Below the pieces are notes generated by a model. It was not told the DNA's origin and made no database searches. It saw only the letters and a program-made list of their open reading frames with translations. 64,000 nt of DNA. It comes from Octopus sinensis (Eukaryota). Position numbers and translations under genes: made by a program. This document shows, one piece after another, positions 27,899 through 40,380 of the stretch (position 1 is the stretch's first letter; each line of letters begins with the position of its first letter). The DNA lies in assembly GCF_006345805.1 (NCBI RefSeq), contig NC_042999.1, positions 78,244,001-78,308,000 of the forward strand. Direction: 5' to 3'.

Positions 27899-28802
27899 TT
27901 AAGAAGACAAGTAAAGCTCCTGTTTATCTTTGTCAGACATTGTTAAAAGTTTTTGGTTGAACTCTGTAAAGTCCACATAAGATTCTACCTTGCCATCATT
28001 GTCCAAATGCAGTCTTGGAGTGGAATGAGTATGGATGTGGATTGAGTCACCACTGCTCTGCGTTGAATTTGTATTAGTACCAGTTGCAGTACTTGTCTGA
28101 GAATTTATTGTTTGTTGTGTTGAGGAAGGGCTATTCATGGTGGTTTGTGTCGACGACCGACTACTATCACTTTCGTTTGTATTAATGGGAGACATATGAG
28201 GCACGTGATGGATCGCAATAATGGAAGAGGTGCTACTAGTGGGGCCAACACTGCTTATTAAGTTATTCACCCCAAAGGGCATAATGTGTGATAGCTGAGT
28301 CGGGCTTGGACCGACCAACTGAACAGGGAGTGGTGATGTAGAGTCTGAAATAGAGCTACCACTTGATATCTGAGAGTACACACGTTGAATGACAGGACTG
28401 GTTGCATGATGTGGATAGAAGTGATGTTGAATTGATATACGAGGTCCTGTTGGGCTGCTATTGCTGCCTCCAAGGGGATAGCTGAAGCTGCGAACAAGGA
28501 GTGAAATATCTTCCCGCGAATGTACATGGAGGTGCCACTCTGGTTTGTTGTGAGCATCTTGGTGATAACTTACAACTCGATTTACTACTGCTTGAGCAAC
28601 ACACTTCAATGAGGTTTGATGTGAAAATTCTTGTGCTACTAGTGAAGCAATATAGCAGTTGGGTGGCTCAGTAATTGTAGGGATGTCCTCTACGGCTTTG
28701 TATAGGCCATGTGACATAATTAATAGGAAAGCAGGTGAGCTATCAATTGTAAAACTATCACACAGGTAAGGTTCTGCAATTACAGGTTCAGATGTTGCAG
28801 AT
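27899..28802 (-). CDS. TAB1: TAB1 terminal coding exon 7 (end of PP2C-like domain, S/T-rich linker, TAK1-binding DGKVESYVDFTEF, stop)
   Basis: tttctttccag| acceptor at 28803, 904 bp including TAA at 27899-27901. PVIAEP, MSHGLYKA, AQAVVNRV, EDISLLVR and YVDF motifs. Spliced CDS totals 1692 nt = 563 aa + stop. Confidence 0.97.
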
Positions 28803-29540
28803 CTGGAAAGAAAGAAAAATATAACATAGAAACAAGGTTTTAAGTGGTGTCAGAACAAAAAAAAAAAGCAATTAAATTAAAAACAAGTTTAAAACCTAAC
28901 ATTAGACCTTATAACACACCAATGTGCTAATATCATTTACATTAAAAACTTAACAGTTAATTCAAAACATTTTTAGCAGGAATCAAGCAGTGATACTAGG
29001 GGCTAATGTGAATTCGCAGCCTATGAACTAGTAATCCAATATCATATCTTCTTGGCCATTTCATTTTTGTAGAGAATAAAAGATGGAGGAATGATTGCCA
29101 CTGGTTAGTAAACAGTATGGCTTCAAAAACTGATATCAAGGAACTCCAATTCAAAAGACATCAGACACCAATGTGAGTAGGGAGCCTATGTACTATTGAC
29201 TGGCTAAAAATAGTAGCCACCTCTTAAACAAAGAGATATATTGAACTCCAACCCAGAAAACACCTGCTGCCAATGTGAAGATATAGCCTAGGCACACTTT
29301 GTATACCTGCTAGAAATAGCAGTCACTTCTGTTAAAGAAAAAAGAAAGAGAACAGTGGAAAATGTAGACCCAGAAACTACTAAAAAGCTACGCTGGTCAT
29401 GAATGGGACTTCTTTTATCATATGCCTGCTGATCGAAAATAAACAATAAAAAAAGGTTAGTAGTCAGTTTTTCATGTAATCTAAATCAGCTTATTGATTT
29501 AATAATTATAATGAAATAGAATCAAAATATATCTCCCTAC

Positions 29541-29766
29541 CTGAGATTCTCAATATCTTTGTAGCCAGCTTTTACGCTATAATCACCAATACAACGAGTG
29601 TTTTCAGACTTCCCTAATTTGCGAACAATTTTCAATTTTTCAACATCTAAACCCAAATGCAGAAGACGTCTAAGCTCTTCATCATTGGAGACAGTGTGGT
29701 CAACAGATAACTGGTTGACGTGAAGTGTTCCATTTTCTGACTTACAAAATAAGGCGCGGGTATTTC
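29541..29766 (-). CDS. TAB1: TAB1 coding exon 6 (GNTRALFCK...LSVDHTVSNDEELRRL...TRCIGDYSVKAGYKDIENL)
   Basis: T-tract+atag| acceptor, AG|GTAGGG donor, 226 bp, phase 1->2. RAL.CK, DHT..N..EL.RL and TR.IGDY.VK.GY.DI motifs of TAB1. Missed by the ORF track. Confidence 0.97.
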
Positions 29767-31884
29767 CTATAAAAAAAAATGAAAGAAAACCTCATAAGAA
29801 ATAGATTACATATTTCAATTTATAATATTTTTTTTAAATGACACAAATATCCTAAATTTTAGTGTTCTAAAGCTGACTTGGCCATATAACCCACACTACA
29901 ACAGACTGGTCTTATTGCTGAGCTTGATGAGACCCGTCTATCATGACAAAAGTGAGATCCTAAAAGCATTAAGTATATGTCTAAACACTCATCAGGCCCT
30001 GTCTGTCAAATTTCCCCATGGCTCATCTTCCTAACACCCATCCCTCCATCACACTTCTAACAATGACACTTTTCAGCTGCAGTAATCACAACAGCAAAAT
30101 CTTCACATATTTCTTTCCTTTGTACTACTAGTCACCTCCCTCTCTCTCCTGAAGTACTTCCTTTAGCATCCATTCCTTATTCTCAATATGATCCCTTCCC
30201 ATTTTATTTTCATCCGAGCACTCCTTTCTGTATATCCAGATATCTCACTCTCTCATATCAGCTAACACACTCAATACCTCTTGCATCCATAACTGCAGTT
30301 GATGTTCCCCACTCACTACATGCACCACTATGTACCTTTGACCTCCATCCTTATCCCTGTGCATATCTCTCTACAACTTTATATCACTGTTTTCCACTCT
30401 TTCTGATCAGCCACTTATCACCCCTTCCTTAAGCTATCTTTCATCTTCTCTTTCAAACTGATATCTATTGTCAATTGTACTTTTACTCTCGTACAAAATT
30501 CATTACACTAACCCCAACTTCCATCTCTAACCACCTGTCACTCTCCTCTCACTCCTATGACTTTATCCACCCACCCCTCCTGATTCTCAATCTGTATAAT
30601 CTTTTATATTCACTTTCTTGTACTTTGAGAATATGCTAAACACCTCATCATAAACATCATCATCTTTCCATCTACTCCCACCCTTATATAATGTGAGGTA
30701 ACTGTGCATGTTTTGTATGGCAAGACACCAGTACCTGTACTTCTACTATACTTTAGCATCTCAACATCAGCTTTATCATTAACATCTGTTTTCCATGCTG
30801 GCATGGGTTGGATGGCTTAACAGGCTGCACTAGGTCCCATAGTTTGTTTTGGCATGGTTTCTACAGCTCTTCCTAATACCAACCACACTACAGTGTACTG
30901 GGTGCTTTTGTATGTGGCACCATCACCAGTGCTTTTTAAGTGGAACCAGCACACCCAGTAAAAAGCCATCTTCCCTTCTAATACAACTCCACTCAGTTGA
31001 GAGGATTTTTCATTTCTTTCTTTCATGCAAGTTACTTGGTGACCTCACTGGTGCTGCTACCACGAAAAGGCACCCAGTACACTCTCTAAAAGTTGTTGGT
31101 GTCAGGGAGAGCATTCAGTTGTTGAAACTATTCTAAAGCAGACACCGTTGCCTGACAGTCCTCTCACTCATTGGATCCTAACAAATCATCCAACTCATAT
31201 CAGAATGGGAGACAGTCATGAAATGATGATGATTATAAAATGTAGTCAAATTTTATCTTTATAAGAGAAATCTACTATAATAACACTCTTTTGAAGTAAA
31301 AGAAATGGTTAAACGTACAGTTAATGTTTTTATTTTCTATGCATACAGTGAAGAATAGTGTCATTGTTTATAGGTTTCCAACAAACGAATCTGTGCTTCA
31401 CTTGAAATACAGCAATTTGTACAGTTTGGATGATTTTATCTATTGCCAATGGAATTTTATAAAAAAATTTAGTATTTTATTCCTCACTAACCAGACACAA
31501 TTGTCTCTTCAATTCCACATATAGATATTTAAAAAAAAAAAAAAGAAAAATGTAACCAGAAAAATGTCTGCTTGGAAGTCACATAGTTCTGGGTTCAATT
31601 CCACTGCAAGGTATTTTCAACAAGTGTCTTAGATCAACCAATGTCATGGAAACTGCTCAGAAATCCACTGTATATGTGTTTTCATTTGCTTCTCTTTATT
31701 TCAAATAGAAATAGCCAGTCAATAAATAGATCAATAATATAAGTACCAGACTGTAATAAGTCAAGGAGTTGCTATCATTGATTAAACCTTCGAAAATGGC
31801 ACACAGCATGACTGCCATCTGATGAGAAACCAGTAAAATAACAAAAGACAAAAACAGAACAAAAAGATTTATAGAACAACTTAC

Positions 31885-32011
31885 CAACATTAATAACAAA
31901 TAGCTTGTTATGGTGAATAAGTGCAACAGTAGCAGTAGTACCACCAGAAATTTTGGCTTCAACTTCTTGGAGTTTCTTTTGAATGTCTTGAGATGGTTTA
32001 TAATGCATGTT
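31885..32011 (-). CDS. TAB1: TAB1 coding exon 5 (NMHYKPSQDIQKKLQEVEAKISGGTTATVALIHHNKLFVINV)
   Basis: aacacag| acceptor, G|GTAAGT donor, 127 bp, phase 0->1. PP2C-fold SGGxxA.VA....NKL.V.NVG motif. Confidence 0.96.
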
Positions 32012-32658
32012 CTGTGTTTGAAAGAAATTCAAAGTTTACTTAATAAATAACCAAATAAAAATATTTCCATAGCGAAGTGAAAGAGGAATAAATTGGAACT
32101 GAAATTTTGTTTTTATTACAAATATTTTTACACACGAGTAAAATTAGCAGGCTTCAAATGTCCACACATTAAAGTTGAGGAGTATGATAAAATATATTAC
32201 ATGTGGTTCCAGGTTCAGTTCGACTGCATGGCACCTTGGGCAAGTGTCTTCTACTATAGCCTCAGGCCGACCAAAGCTGTGTGAGTGGATTTGGTAGAAA
32301 GAAAGCCCGTCTATATGTATGTATATATCTGTCTTTGTGTCTATGTCCCTTCACCACTGCTTGACAACTGGTGCTGGTGTGTTTACGTCCCCGTAACTTA
32401 GCAGTTCAGCAAAAGAGACTGATAAAATAAGTACCAGGCTGTTAAAAATAAGCACTGGAGTTGATGCATTTGACTAAAAACTCTTCTAAGCAGTGCCCTA
32501 GCATGGTCACAGTCTAATGTCTGAAACAAGTGAATGATGTGAAAACATTTATTTGGACAAGTCCCAATGTATATCCCAGTTTTCAGGGAAGGTACACTGT
32601 ATTTCTGCATGTTGCACAGGGTGACAAAAGGAGTTTGTATTGGAAAGAGCATCCAGCC

Positions 32659-32872
32659 ACCTTTCGCATTCAGATTACTGTTAAATGTAATGCTTATTTA
32701 TTCACATTAAAAAAAAAATTAATCATTATCTTGTAGCTTTAAGATTTCAATGAAGTGATTATTTATTATAAAAATAACATTGTAAAATCTATGTAAGAGA
32801 CCATGCCTGGCTGGTTTGAACATAAAACATGAAGAATATTTGGGCTGGATATGGCCAGTTTAAATGCTAATA
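32659..32872 (-). mobile_element. Second copy of the piggyBac-like MITE, TAB1 intron 4
   Basis: Shares cctttcgcattcagatt, cataaaaca and aatatttgggc blocks with 16677-16900 in reverse. Confidence 0.45.
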
Positions 32873-33025
32873 AGTGCCTACCCAAATCAGGCTTGTATGG
32901 TAAAAAGGCATAAATATGATAAGAGTGACACATGAACTGTCTTTGTTACTGATACAAAAGATCCTATGTGGTAAACTTTGTAGTTGCAAGAGCATGTAGA
33001 TAGGTCTTTAAAAATACCAACTCAC

Positions 33026-33112
33026 CTCCCTTATTTGTAACTGTAAAGCAGCTTTTTCGGAAAGAGGGTCGTTGACAGTTTCAAAATATCCTCTTTCAAC
33101 AGCAACAAAGGC
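33026..33112 (-). CDS. TAB1: TAB1 coding exon 4 (AFVAVERGYFETVNDPLSEKAALQLQIRE)
   Basis: ttttgaag| acceptor, GAG|GTGAGT donor, 87 bp, phase 0->0. Matches TAB1 AFDVVERSFLESIDDALAEKASLQ. Confidence 0.96.
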
Positions 33113-33659
33113 CTTCAAAAGAAAATAATATATACGTTCAAATAGCAACTGGGTTTTTTTTTTAGCACAACTATGACACTGTGCTCCTAGGGTTACAGAA
33201 CAATGTGTGTCATTGTTAGGTACATAAATTGTTATGTTAGTATGAGAGCATCTCAAAAATGTATGTACAGAAAATCTCTTCACAGTATATGACTAATTTG
33301 AACACAAAGCAATATTTTGTATCTATTATCCTCCTCCAATTTCTTTAGTTTGTAAAAAAAAAAGAAAAAAAACTCACATTTGAACAGTTTGATCCCATGT
33401 GTCATGTAATGAGCACAAATTAAAATGGTATTTTACAAGCAAATAGTAGCATCACCACAACAACCACCACAGTATCAGAAAAGAAGGGATAAACAGTTAG
33501 AAAATATTGTTTTCTGTCACTCAACTGACCTATTTTATAGCACTTAATTTTCTCCTCAAAGAACTCCATATTGCTTTTAACATTCAAACTACCAAAATCT
33601 GGTCACCGTAAAAGAAAGTGATATTTGTTTCAAACTGGACATACTCAGCCTTCTCAACT

Positions 33660-33948
33660 ATATTGGCAGAAGAGATCCTCCATAGTCATTTCGAAAAGCT
33701 CTACCTGCGACGATTTCATCTCAATCGAAGGAGAGGAGCTTTCTCCGTCTGGGTTGCGGATCTGTGGAACAAGCTGCCAGACGAGATGGTGAAGATGCCA
33801 ACGACCGCTTTGTTCAAAGCCTCCCTTGACCTCAAGTGGCCTGAACTCTTTACATGAACACCACCCTGTACTTAACTCCATGTCCCCCTACATGGCCTTG
33901 CTATTTGCTTTTGAGCCAATTTAACTAACTAACTAACTAACTAACTAA
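33660..33948 (+). mobile_element. CR1/L2-like LINE 3' end with (TAAC)n tail, in TAB1 intron 3
   Basis: RRGAFSVWVADLWNKLPDEMVKMPTTALFKASLD matches the R..FFS.RV...WN.LP...V.......FK..LD C-terminus. Stop at 33857; (TAAC)x6 at 33922-33948. Confidence 0.85.
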
Positions 33949-35543
33949 ATCACATTTTCCTTCGCTTCATCAGTTTTTTTTTTCTTTAAACGAACATGTC
34001 AGTTAGTATTACAAATAATAAAAGATTAAAACCAAGATCACCTGCTTGTAATCTTACATTTGTATAATAGCAAATCTAACTATAAAACAAAGTAACTCTA
34101 GACAGGATTCTGATAGAAACAAAGTAGTGCCCAAATTGACCTATCACAATCATTATCTTGAATGCTAGCATTTTAATTGTTCAGCCAGTTGCTTCTATGT
34201 CATATCTTCAAACAACTGAACAGAGCTAGTCATCCCACAAAACCAATGACATCATGGCTGCAACAAAATCTGAACTCACTAACATGTAATCATTCGTTAT
34301 TAAAGTATTAACCATTATAATTTGATGTGTGCACCTACACATAGTCTTTTGGAGGATTTCTGATTTATCTAAGTTCACACATGAGTAGGGAATTAGACCT
34401 ATGATAAGTTCACTGTTTCATTTTCCTGAGTTCAAATACATTCAGTGAGAATTACATATGAGGTTTTGCTCAACAGCTATGTCCCAACCTATATAAAAAG
34501 ACGTTTAACCCTTTCATGACCATACTTCTAATGATATGCACTGCCTAAACTTTTCAGTAAAGCTTGAAAATAATAATAAAAAAATTAAGTATTTAGTAAA
34601 ATAATTTAGTAAAATGATATGTGTTTGGAGCATAATATAACAAGAGATTTTTACAAGAAACTATGATGGGATATTTTGAATTAAGATATGAACATTTCAA
34701 AATGGGCAGTTTGGAATCCTAGAAGAAGATGTAGTCTTTTGAGTAATCAGTAGCAGCAGTACTATAGCACCACTGAAGAGGGTATTTTTTATTCACTTTT
34801 ACAACACTAATAGAATTTCTTGATTACTTATTCAGATGTGGTGAGAGCTTGTAGGAAAAAGAAGGAACACAGAAGACACACTAAGGTGTGAAAAGCTTTG
34901 ATCAACAATTAACACATGGGAGGTAACTTAACATAACAGTATATGAAGTTTTTTTTCTTTTATTTATACACAAGAACAAAGAAATGAATATTACTGTTAC
35001 TTGAAAGGCAGAGATGACCTTGATAAATTAGTGTTAGAGGAAATACCCACAAAAAGTAGTGTTAATGCATTGACAATTATGATAATGTGAATTTGACAAG
35101 ACTGAGAAACTACTAACAGAGATATTAAATTCCACATATCTCATTTAATTACAGAGATACCGGTACACTGAATCAGGAGCAAAAGACTTCATATAGTGTA
35201 TAATGAATAAATCGGATTGGTAAAATCCACTCCTCTCTCAGATATTGAACTGAAAGCTAATGAAACCATTTTACACTCCTTCTATTATTAATTATAATAA
35301 AAGTTGTTCTTATTATAGAGCAGTAGCTTTCATACTGACAAATACTAGCTCTGACCCCTAGTATTACTGGAATTTGCCCCCCACCTTTATTAATGAGAAG
35401 ACAAAATACAGTTTGCATTTATATAATTTTTCTTCCTTTGTATGGTACTGGACCAGTTTAAAAACCATCTAAATATTAAATAATTGTCCATCCTTTTTTC
35501 AATCCTCACAGCCCTGTCAACCACCAAATAAAACGCTGCTCCA

Positions 35544-36465
35544 TTATCATCATCATCATTTAACGTCCGCTTTCCATGCTAGCATGGGTTGGACGGTTCA
35601 ACTGGGGTCTGGGGAGCCCGAAAGCTGCACCAGTCCAGTCAGATCTGGCAGTGTTTCTACAGCTGGATGCCCTTCCTAACGCCAACCACTCCGAGAGTGT
35701 AGTGGGTAATTTTATGTGCCACCGACACAGGTGCCAGACGAGGCTGGCAAACGGCCACGCTCGGATGGTGTTTTTTATGTGCCACCGACACAGGTGCCAG
35801 ACGAGGCTGGCAGACGGCCACGATCGGATGGTGTTTGTTACGTGCCCACAGAACGGAGGCCAGTCGATGCGGTACTGGCTACGGCCACGCTCGGATGGTG
35901 TTTTTATGTGCCACCGACACAGGTGCCAGACGAGGCTGGCAGACGGCCACGCTCGGATGGTGTTTTTATGTGCCACCGACACAGGTGCCAGATGAGGCTG
36001 GCAAACGGCCACGATCGGATGGTGCTTGTTACGTGCCCACAGCACGGAGGCCAGTCGATGTGGTACTGGCTACGGCCACGTTCGGATGGTTTTCTTATGT
36101 GCCACGTGCCACCGGCACTGGTACCACAAAGATACAAATTCCATTGATGTTCATCTATTTTGATTTGTTTTGATTTTCACTTGCCTCAACAGGTCTTCAC
36201 AAGTGTCACAAGAAGGAAGGTATGCACAGGTGGACTGACTACGTCCCAGGTAGGGGCCATGGGTTATGGCCTGACTAGTCTTGCTGGGTCTTCGGATGGT
36301 GTTTTTATGTGCCACCGACACAGGTGCTAGATGAGGCTGGCGAACGGCCACGATCGGATGGTGTTTGTCATGTGCCCACCGCACTGACTACGGCACTGAT
36401 GGATTTCTTGTGTGCCACAGGCACTGGTACCACAAGATACAAATTCCATTGATGTTCATCTATTT
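35544..36465 (-). mobile_element. Young RTE-family insertion with expanded internal array (AAB-AAB-C) plus a second partial copy; candidate TSD TGCTCCA
   Basis: Same family as 26027-26567. TGCTCCA at 35537-35543 and 36466-36472. Confidence 0.85.
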
Positions 36466-36929
36466 TGCTCCAGAATACATTAAATTATACTGCACCATCT
36501 CAGTGTCACATGCCTTGACCACCAATATAAAGCAATGCATTCTAGAGCCATTTATTAGTATACAAATGAACAAATACATAAATATATAAACAGGCATGAG
36601 TGTATGGTAAGGAGCTTGCTTCCCAGCCACATGGTTTCAGGTTCAGTCCCATTGTGTGTGCTATTATAGCCTCAGGCTAACCAAAGCCTTGTGAGTGGAT
36701 TTAGTAGATGAAAACTGAAAGAAGCCCATTGTGTGTATGTGTGTGTGTATGCATGTTACTGTCTCCTTGCCTTGACTGCATATGGTAGTTGTAAATGAAT
36801 GCCACTGATGTGTAAGCAGTCTCCTTCGTTCCCCATCTTCCATGAAATACATCTAGTCATGGGGAATATTACCTTACTTGGAAACCGGTTAGGGTTGGTA
36901 ACAGGGATAGCTTACAGGAATCCATCTAG

Positions 36930-38085
36930 AATCACTAGCAGAACTAGAGAAGAAGTTTCAGGTGTGGAAGCAAGGTCTAGAATCAAAGGGCCTTAGAGTT
37001 AACCTAACAAAACCAAAGTCTTAGTAAGTAGGAAAGCAGATAAATCACAATTCAGGTAGATGACCCTGCTTGATTTGTAGAAAAGGTATAGGTAGAAACT
37101 GCAGCAATATTAGAGGAAGGTTAACAAGGAAAATAGTCTTTGTGTGTGGAAGGTGCAATGGTACAATTAACACTAAAAACATTAAGAAAATAAACTCCAT
37201 CATGTGCCAGTGGGGAAAACTAAAAGTAGTTGGTAGCTTTTGTTACCTAGGTGACCAAGATAATAGTGGGGGTGGATGCTCTGAGAGTATAGCTGCTAGA
37301 ATACGAATAGCCTGGGCAAAGTTCCGAGAGCTCCTACCTCTTCTGGCAACAAAGGGTTTCTCGTGCAGAGTGAAAGGTAGACTGTATGATACCTGTGTGC
37401 AAACAGCCATGCTATATGGCTGCAAAACATGGGCTATGACTGCCGAGGACATGAGTAGGCTTGTAAGAAACAAAGCTAGTATGCTTCGGTGGATGTGCAA
37501 TGTCAGTGTGCATGCACAACAGAGTGTAAACACCTGGAGAGAAAAGTGGGGCATAAGAGGCATTAGATGTGGTGTGCAAGAGATGACTGCGCTGATATGG
37601 TCATGTGATGTGTATGGACGAGGACAGCTGTGTGAAGAAGTGTCGCATTCTAATGGTGGAGGGAACCTGTGGAAGAGATAGACACAGGAAGACACAGGGA
37701 GAGGTGGTGAAGCGCAATCTCTGAATGTTAGACCTCACAGAGGCAATGACAAGCAACCAAGACCTTTGGTGATATGCTTTGCCGGAGATGACCCGTCAAG
37801 CCAAGTGAGATCATAGTTGTGGCTGATGCCAGTGTCGTGTAAGTGGCCCATAAAAGCACCCTTCAAATGTTGGGTGACATGTTGTGCTTGTGAAGACCTG
37901 GCTAATGCCAGTGCTGTCTAACTGGCAACTGTGCTGGTGACACATAAAAAAGCACAATTTGAGCGTTGGGCCTCACTCATGGAGGCAGTGACAGGTGACC
38001 AAGACCTTCGGCAATATACTGTGCTGTGTAGACTGGTCAAAGCCAAGTGAGATTGTAGTCATGGCTGGTGTCAGTGTCATGCTTT
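36930..38085 (+). mobile_element. RTE-type LINE 3' part (Cys-rich insert, RT C-terminus, partial 3' UTR)
   Basis: ORF 37070-37681: ICRKGIGRN, FCYLGD, RIRIAWAKFRELLPLL, GRLYDTCVQTAMLYG.KTW. Confidence 0.9.
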
Positions 38086-38495
38086 GAATTCTATTTTTCT
38101 GTTTGCTTCACCAAACCTCTCACTCCCTCTCTCTACACACACATACCAATCTGAAACCTTTGGTTCCAAAGTCATTCCAGGTTACTGATTCTTCCATAAC
38201 AGGCATAGTTACACTCCAAATTAAATAGATATTAAATTTACTTAAATTAAATACAGGTACCTGTACATTAGTATAAATGATACTAGTTTATTAATACTAT
38301 ATTGTGAAAAAGTACTAATCTGTACAAGATGGCAATAAACTAGTCTGGCAGCTTCCAGAATTAGGTGTTCTTACTTGTAAATCAGTGCTGATTATAAGAG
38401 GTTCCAGACCATCAGTGTCCAGAAAGTTGGTGTTGTACCAACAGACACACACACACACACAATCATTTACAGTAGATTTGAAATAATATACTCAC

Positions 38496-38649
38496 CTGTT
38501 GTAATATAGATTTAATTTCTTCATCTGTTTTAGGGCCTGACAACTGTCCCAGAAGCAAATCAGCAGGAATTCGTTGAGCCACAAAATTTGACAACTTACT
38601 TCCATCATGACCATCAAAAACTCCATATAATGAACAGCCATCGTCTGAG
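38496..38649 (-). CDS. TAB1: TAB1 coding exon 3 (SDDGCSLYGVFDGHDG...FVAQRIPADLLLGQL...ILQQ)
   Basis: ttatttcag| acceptor, CAG|GTGAGT donor, 154 bp, phase 2->0. Matches TAB1 LYGVFxGxDG...FVAQR..AELLLGQL. Confidence 0.97.
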
Positions 38650-39299
38650 CTGAAATAATTAAAAATAATCATATATACAAAAATATTTCAACCTTTTCAG
38701 TTTCTAAACTATTAATTTCATTTCTGTATTTATAAAAATACATTTTTAAGTCTGTTAAAAGTCTTGGCGATGGTGATGTGTTTGTGGCAGATGTAAATTC
38801 TCAATGCTTCAATCCCCCTCACTCTAAATAGTTATTAGTGGCAGACTGTAAATATCAACAGTTTTTCTGGCTAGTAGTGCAAAGTTCAACTCCTGCCATA
38901 GTTTAGGCCAGGAGATGGGGCCTGAAAAGCCTAACAAATGACTCAATCACTTGAAGAAAAATAGGGTCTCCATGATATTCTCTATGAAGTCATTCCTGTA
39001 TGAATTATTAGAATCATAGCAAAGTAAGAAAAGCATTTAAACAATTAATTACAACAAATAATATTTAAAAAATTTCCAGTTCTGACTTCAAGAAAAGCTA
39101 AAAAATGCATATGAATTACTGTTGAGATGCTTGTCAGGCAGAGTAGAGATGACAGCAGAATAAATCAGATAGTAAATGAAGTAATCATATGCAATGAAAG
39201 AGAGAAGTAGCATCAACTGCAACAAGAGCAAAGAGGATGCATTAAAGAGGGTAAACTACAGCAGTACTGTTAGACCCAGTTACACAAAGAGTTATTGTT

Positions 39300-39770
39300 C
39301 CACTGATTGTTGTTGGTAGTCCATTGGTGTTTGACAACAAAGTCTGTGTTCTTAGCGATGAGAGCACATGTGAGTCTGCAGTCCAAAGCTAGAAGCACAC
39401 AGATGTCCACAGGTGTCACAGTGATTGTCTTTTGTCTGGATTGAGATGGATATTGCCCTGTGACATCTGTTTCTTGCAGCAGTGAGATGCTGTTGCTGGT
39501 CCTTTTTGCCTGTAAGATGAGAAACCTCCATGCTGATCTGTCTGTGGCAGAAGCTTCAAGTTTGCATGGACTAATGCCATGCTGAATTAACCTAGATGAA
39601 ATGAGGTTCAGCTTCGTATAAGGAAGAAGTATTATTAATGCTTAGGGGTGAAACAAATGGCTTTTGAGGACTGAGCAAGCCATGTAGAGAGGAACAGTGA
39701 GCAAGGAGTTAGCAATGAGGTAAGTGGCATAGTCAATGCTCAGGTAGATGGTGGTCAGAGCTCAATTTTA
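39300..39770 (-). mobile_element. Second RTE-clade (BovB-like) LINE 3' end with terminal C2H2 finger
   Basis: Minus strand reads ...DRSAW... and HCDTCGHLCASSFGLQTHMCSHR*. Boundaries approximate. Confidence 0.7.
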
Positions 39771-40380
39771 CAACCCTTCCCGTTCATTATAGTTTTTCAA
39801 GCTATAAAAAGGAAGATTGGCTCTCTATAGAAATTCCCACGAGCTTATTTAGTTGTTATAACTGAATAGTAATAGATTTCAAAGTAAATGTACCAAAGAC
39901 TAAAGTATTACTAAGTAAGAGCGAAGACATGATCAAAATATTATCCCCTTAGCTTAATTTTAAACTATCAAACTGCATTGGAAATAGTTGATAGATTTTA
40001 TTACTTAGGTGACTTAATTAGCAATGATGTTGGTATTCTAAAGGTATAGTATGTATAGGTTGGAAAATAAACCCTTGCTGCCTTCAGGAATAATTTCTTG
40101 ATAATTTAATTATAAGCTAAGGGAGTAAATCCCCACAGAAAATCCTAAGGAGATATGCATGGTTTTACTTAACCAATATCTGGCAACTCCTTCAGCTCCA
40201 GGGATATTGTCTTTCCTTTGTAGTGGAGAGGTGGAAAGTGTACTTGGAGCTAGGCGCTTGCTTCAGGAAACAGACCAGACAGAGCAGAAGTGGTTAAGTC
40301 ATTGTCTCTGTAATGCCATTGACCAGTGGTCACACACATGTATACACATAGATGAACGTACATACATGTATCTATTGTAT

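Noticed and set aside
35700-36110. About 61-bp periodic array as a possible CRISPR-like locus
   Set aside because: Whole units repeat with no unique spacers, no cas genes, and a eukaryotic retroelement context.
35560-36173. Cys/His-rich repeated ORFs (MCHRHRCQTRLANGH...) resembling metal-binding or zinc-finger proteins; also 26047-26452
   Set aside because: They are readings of the retroelement 3' UTR tandem units in several frames on both strands, with no splice or codon evidence.
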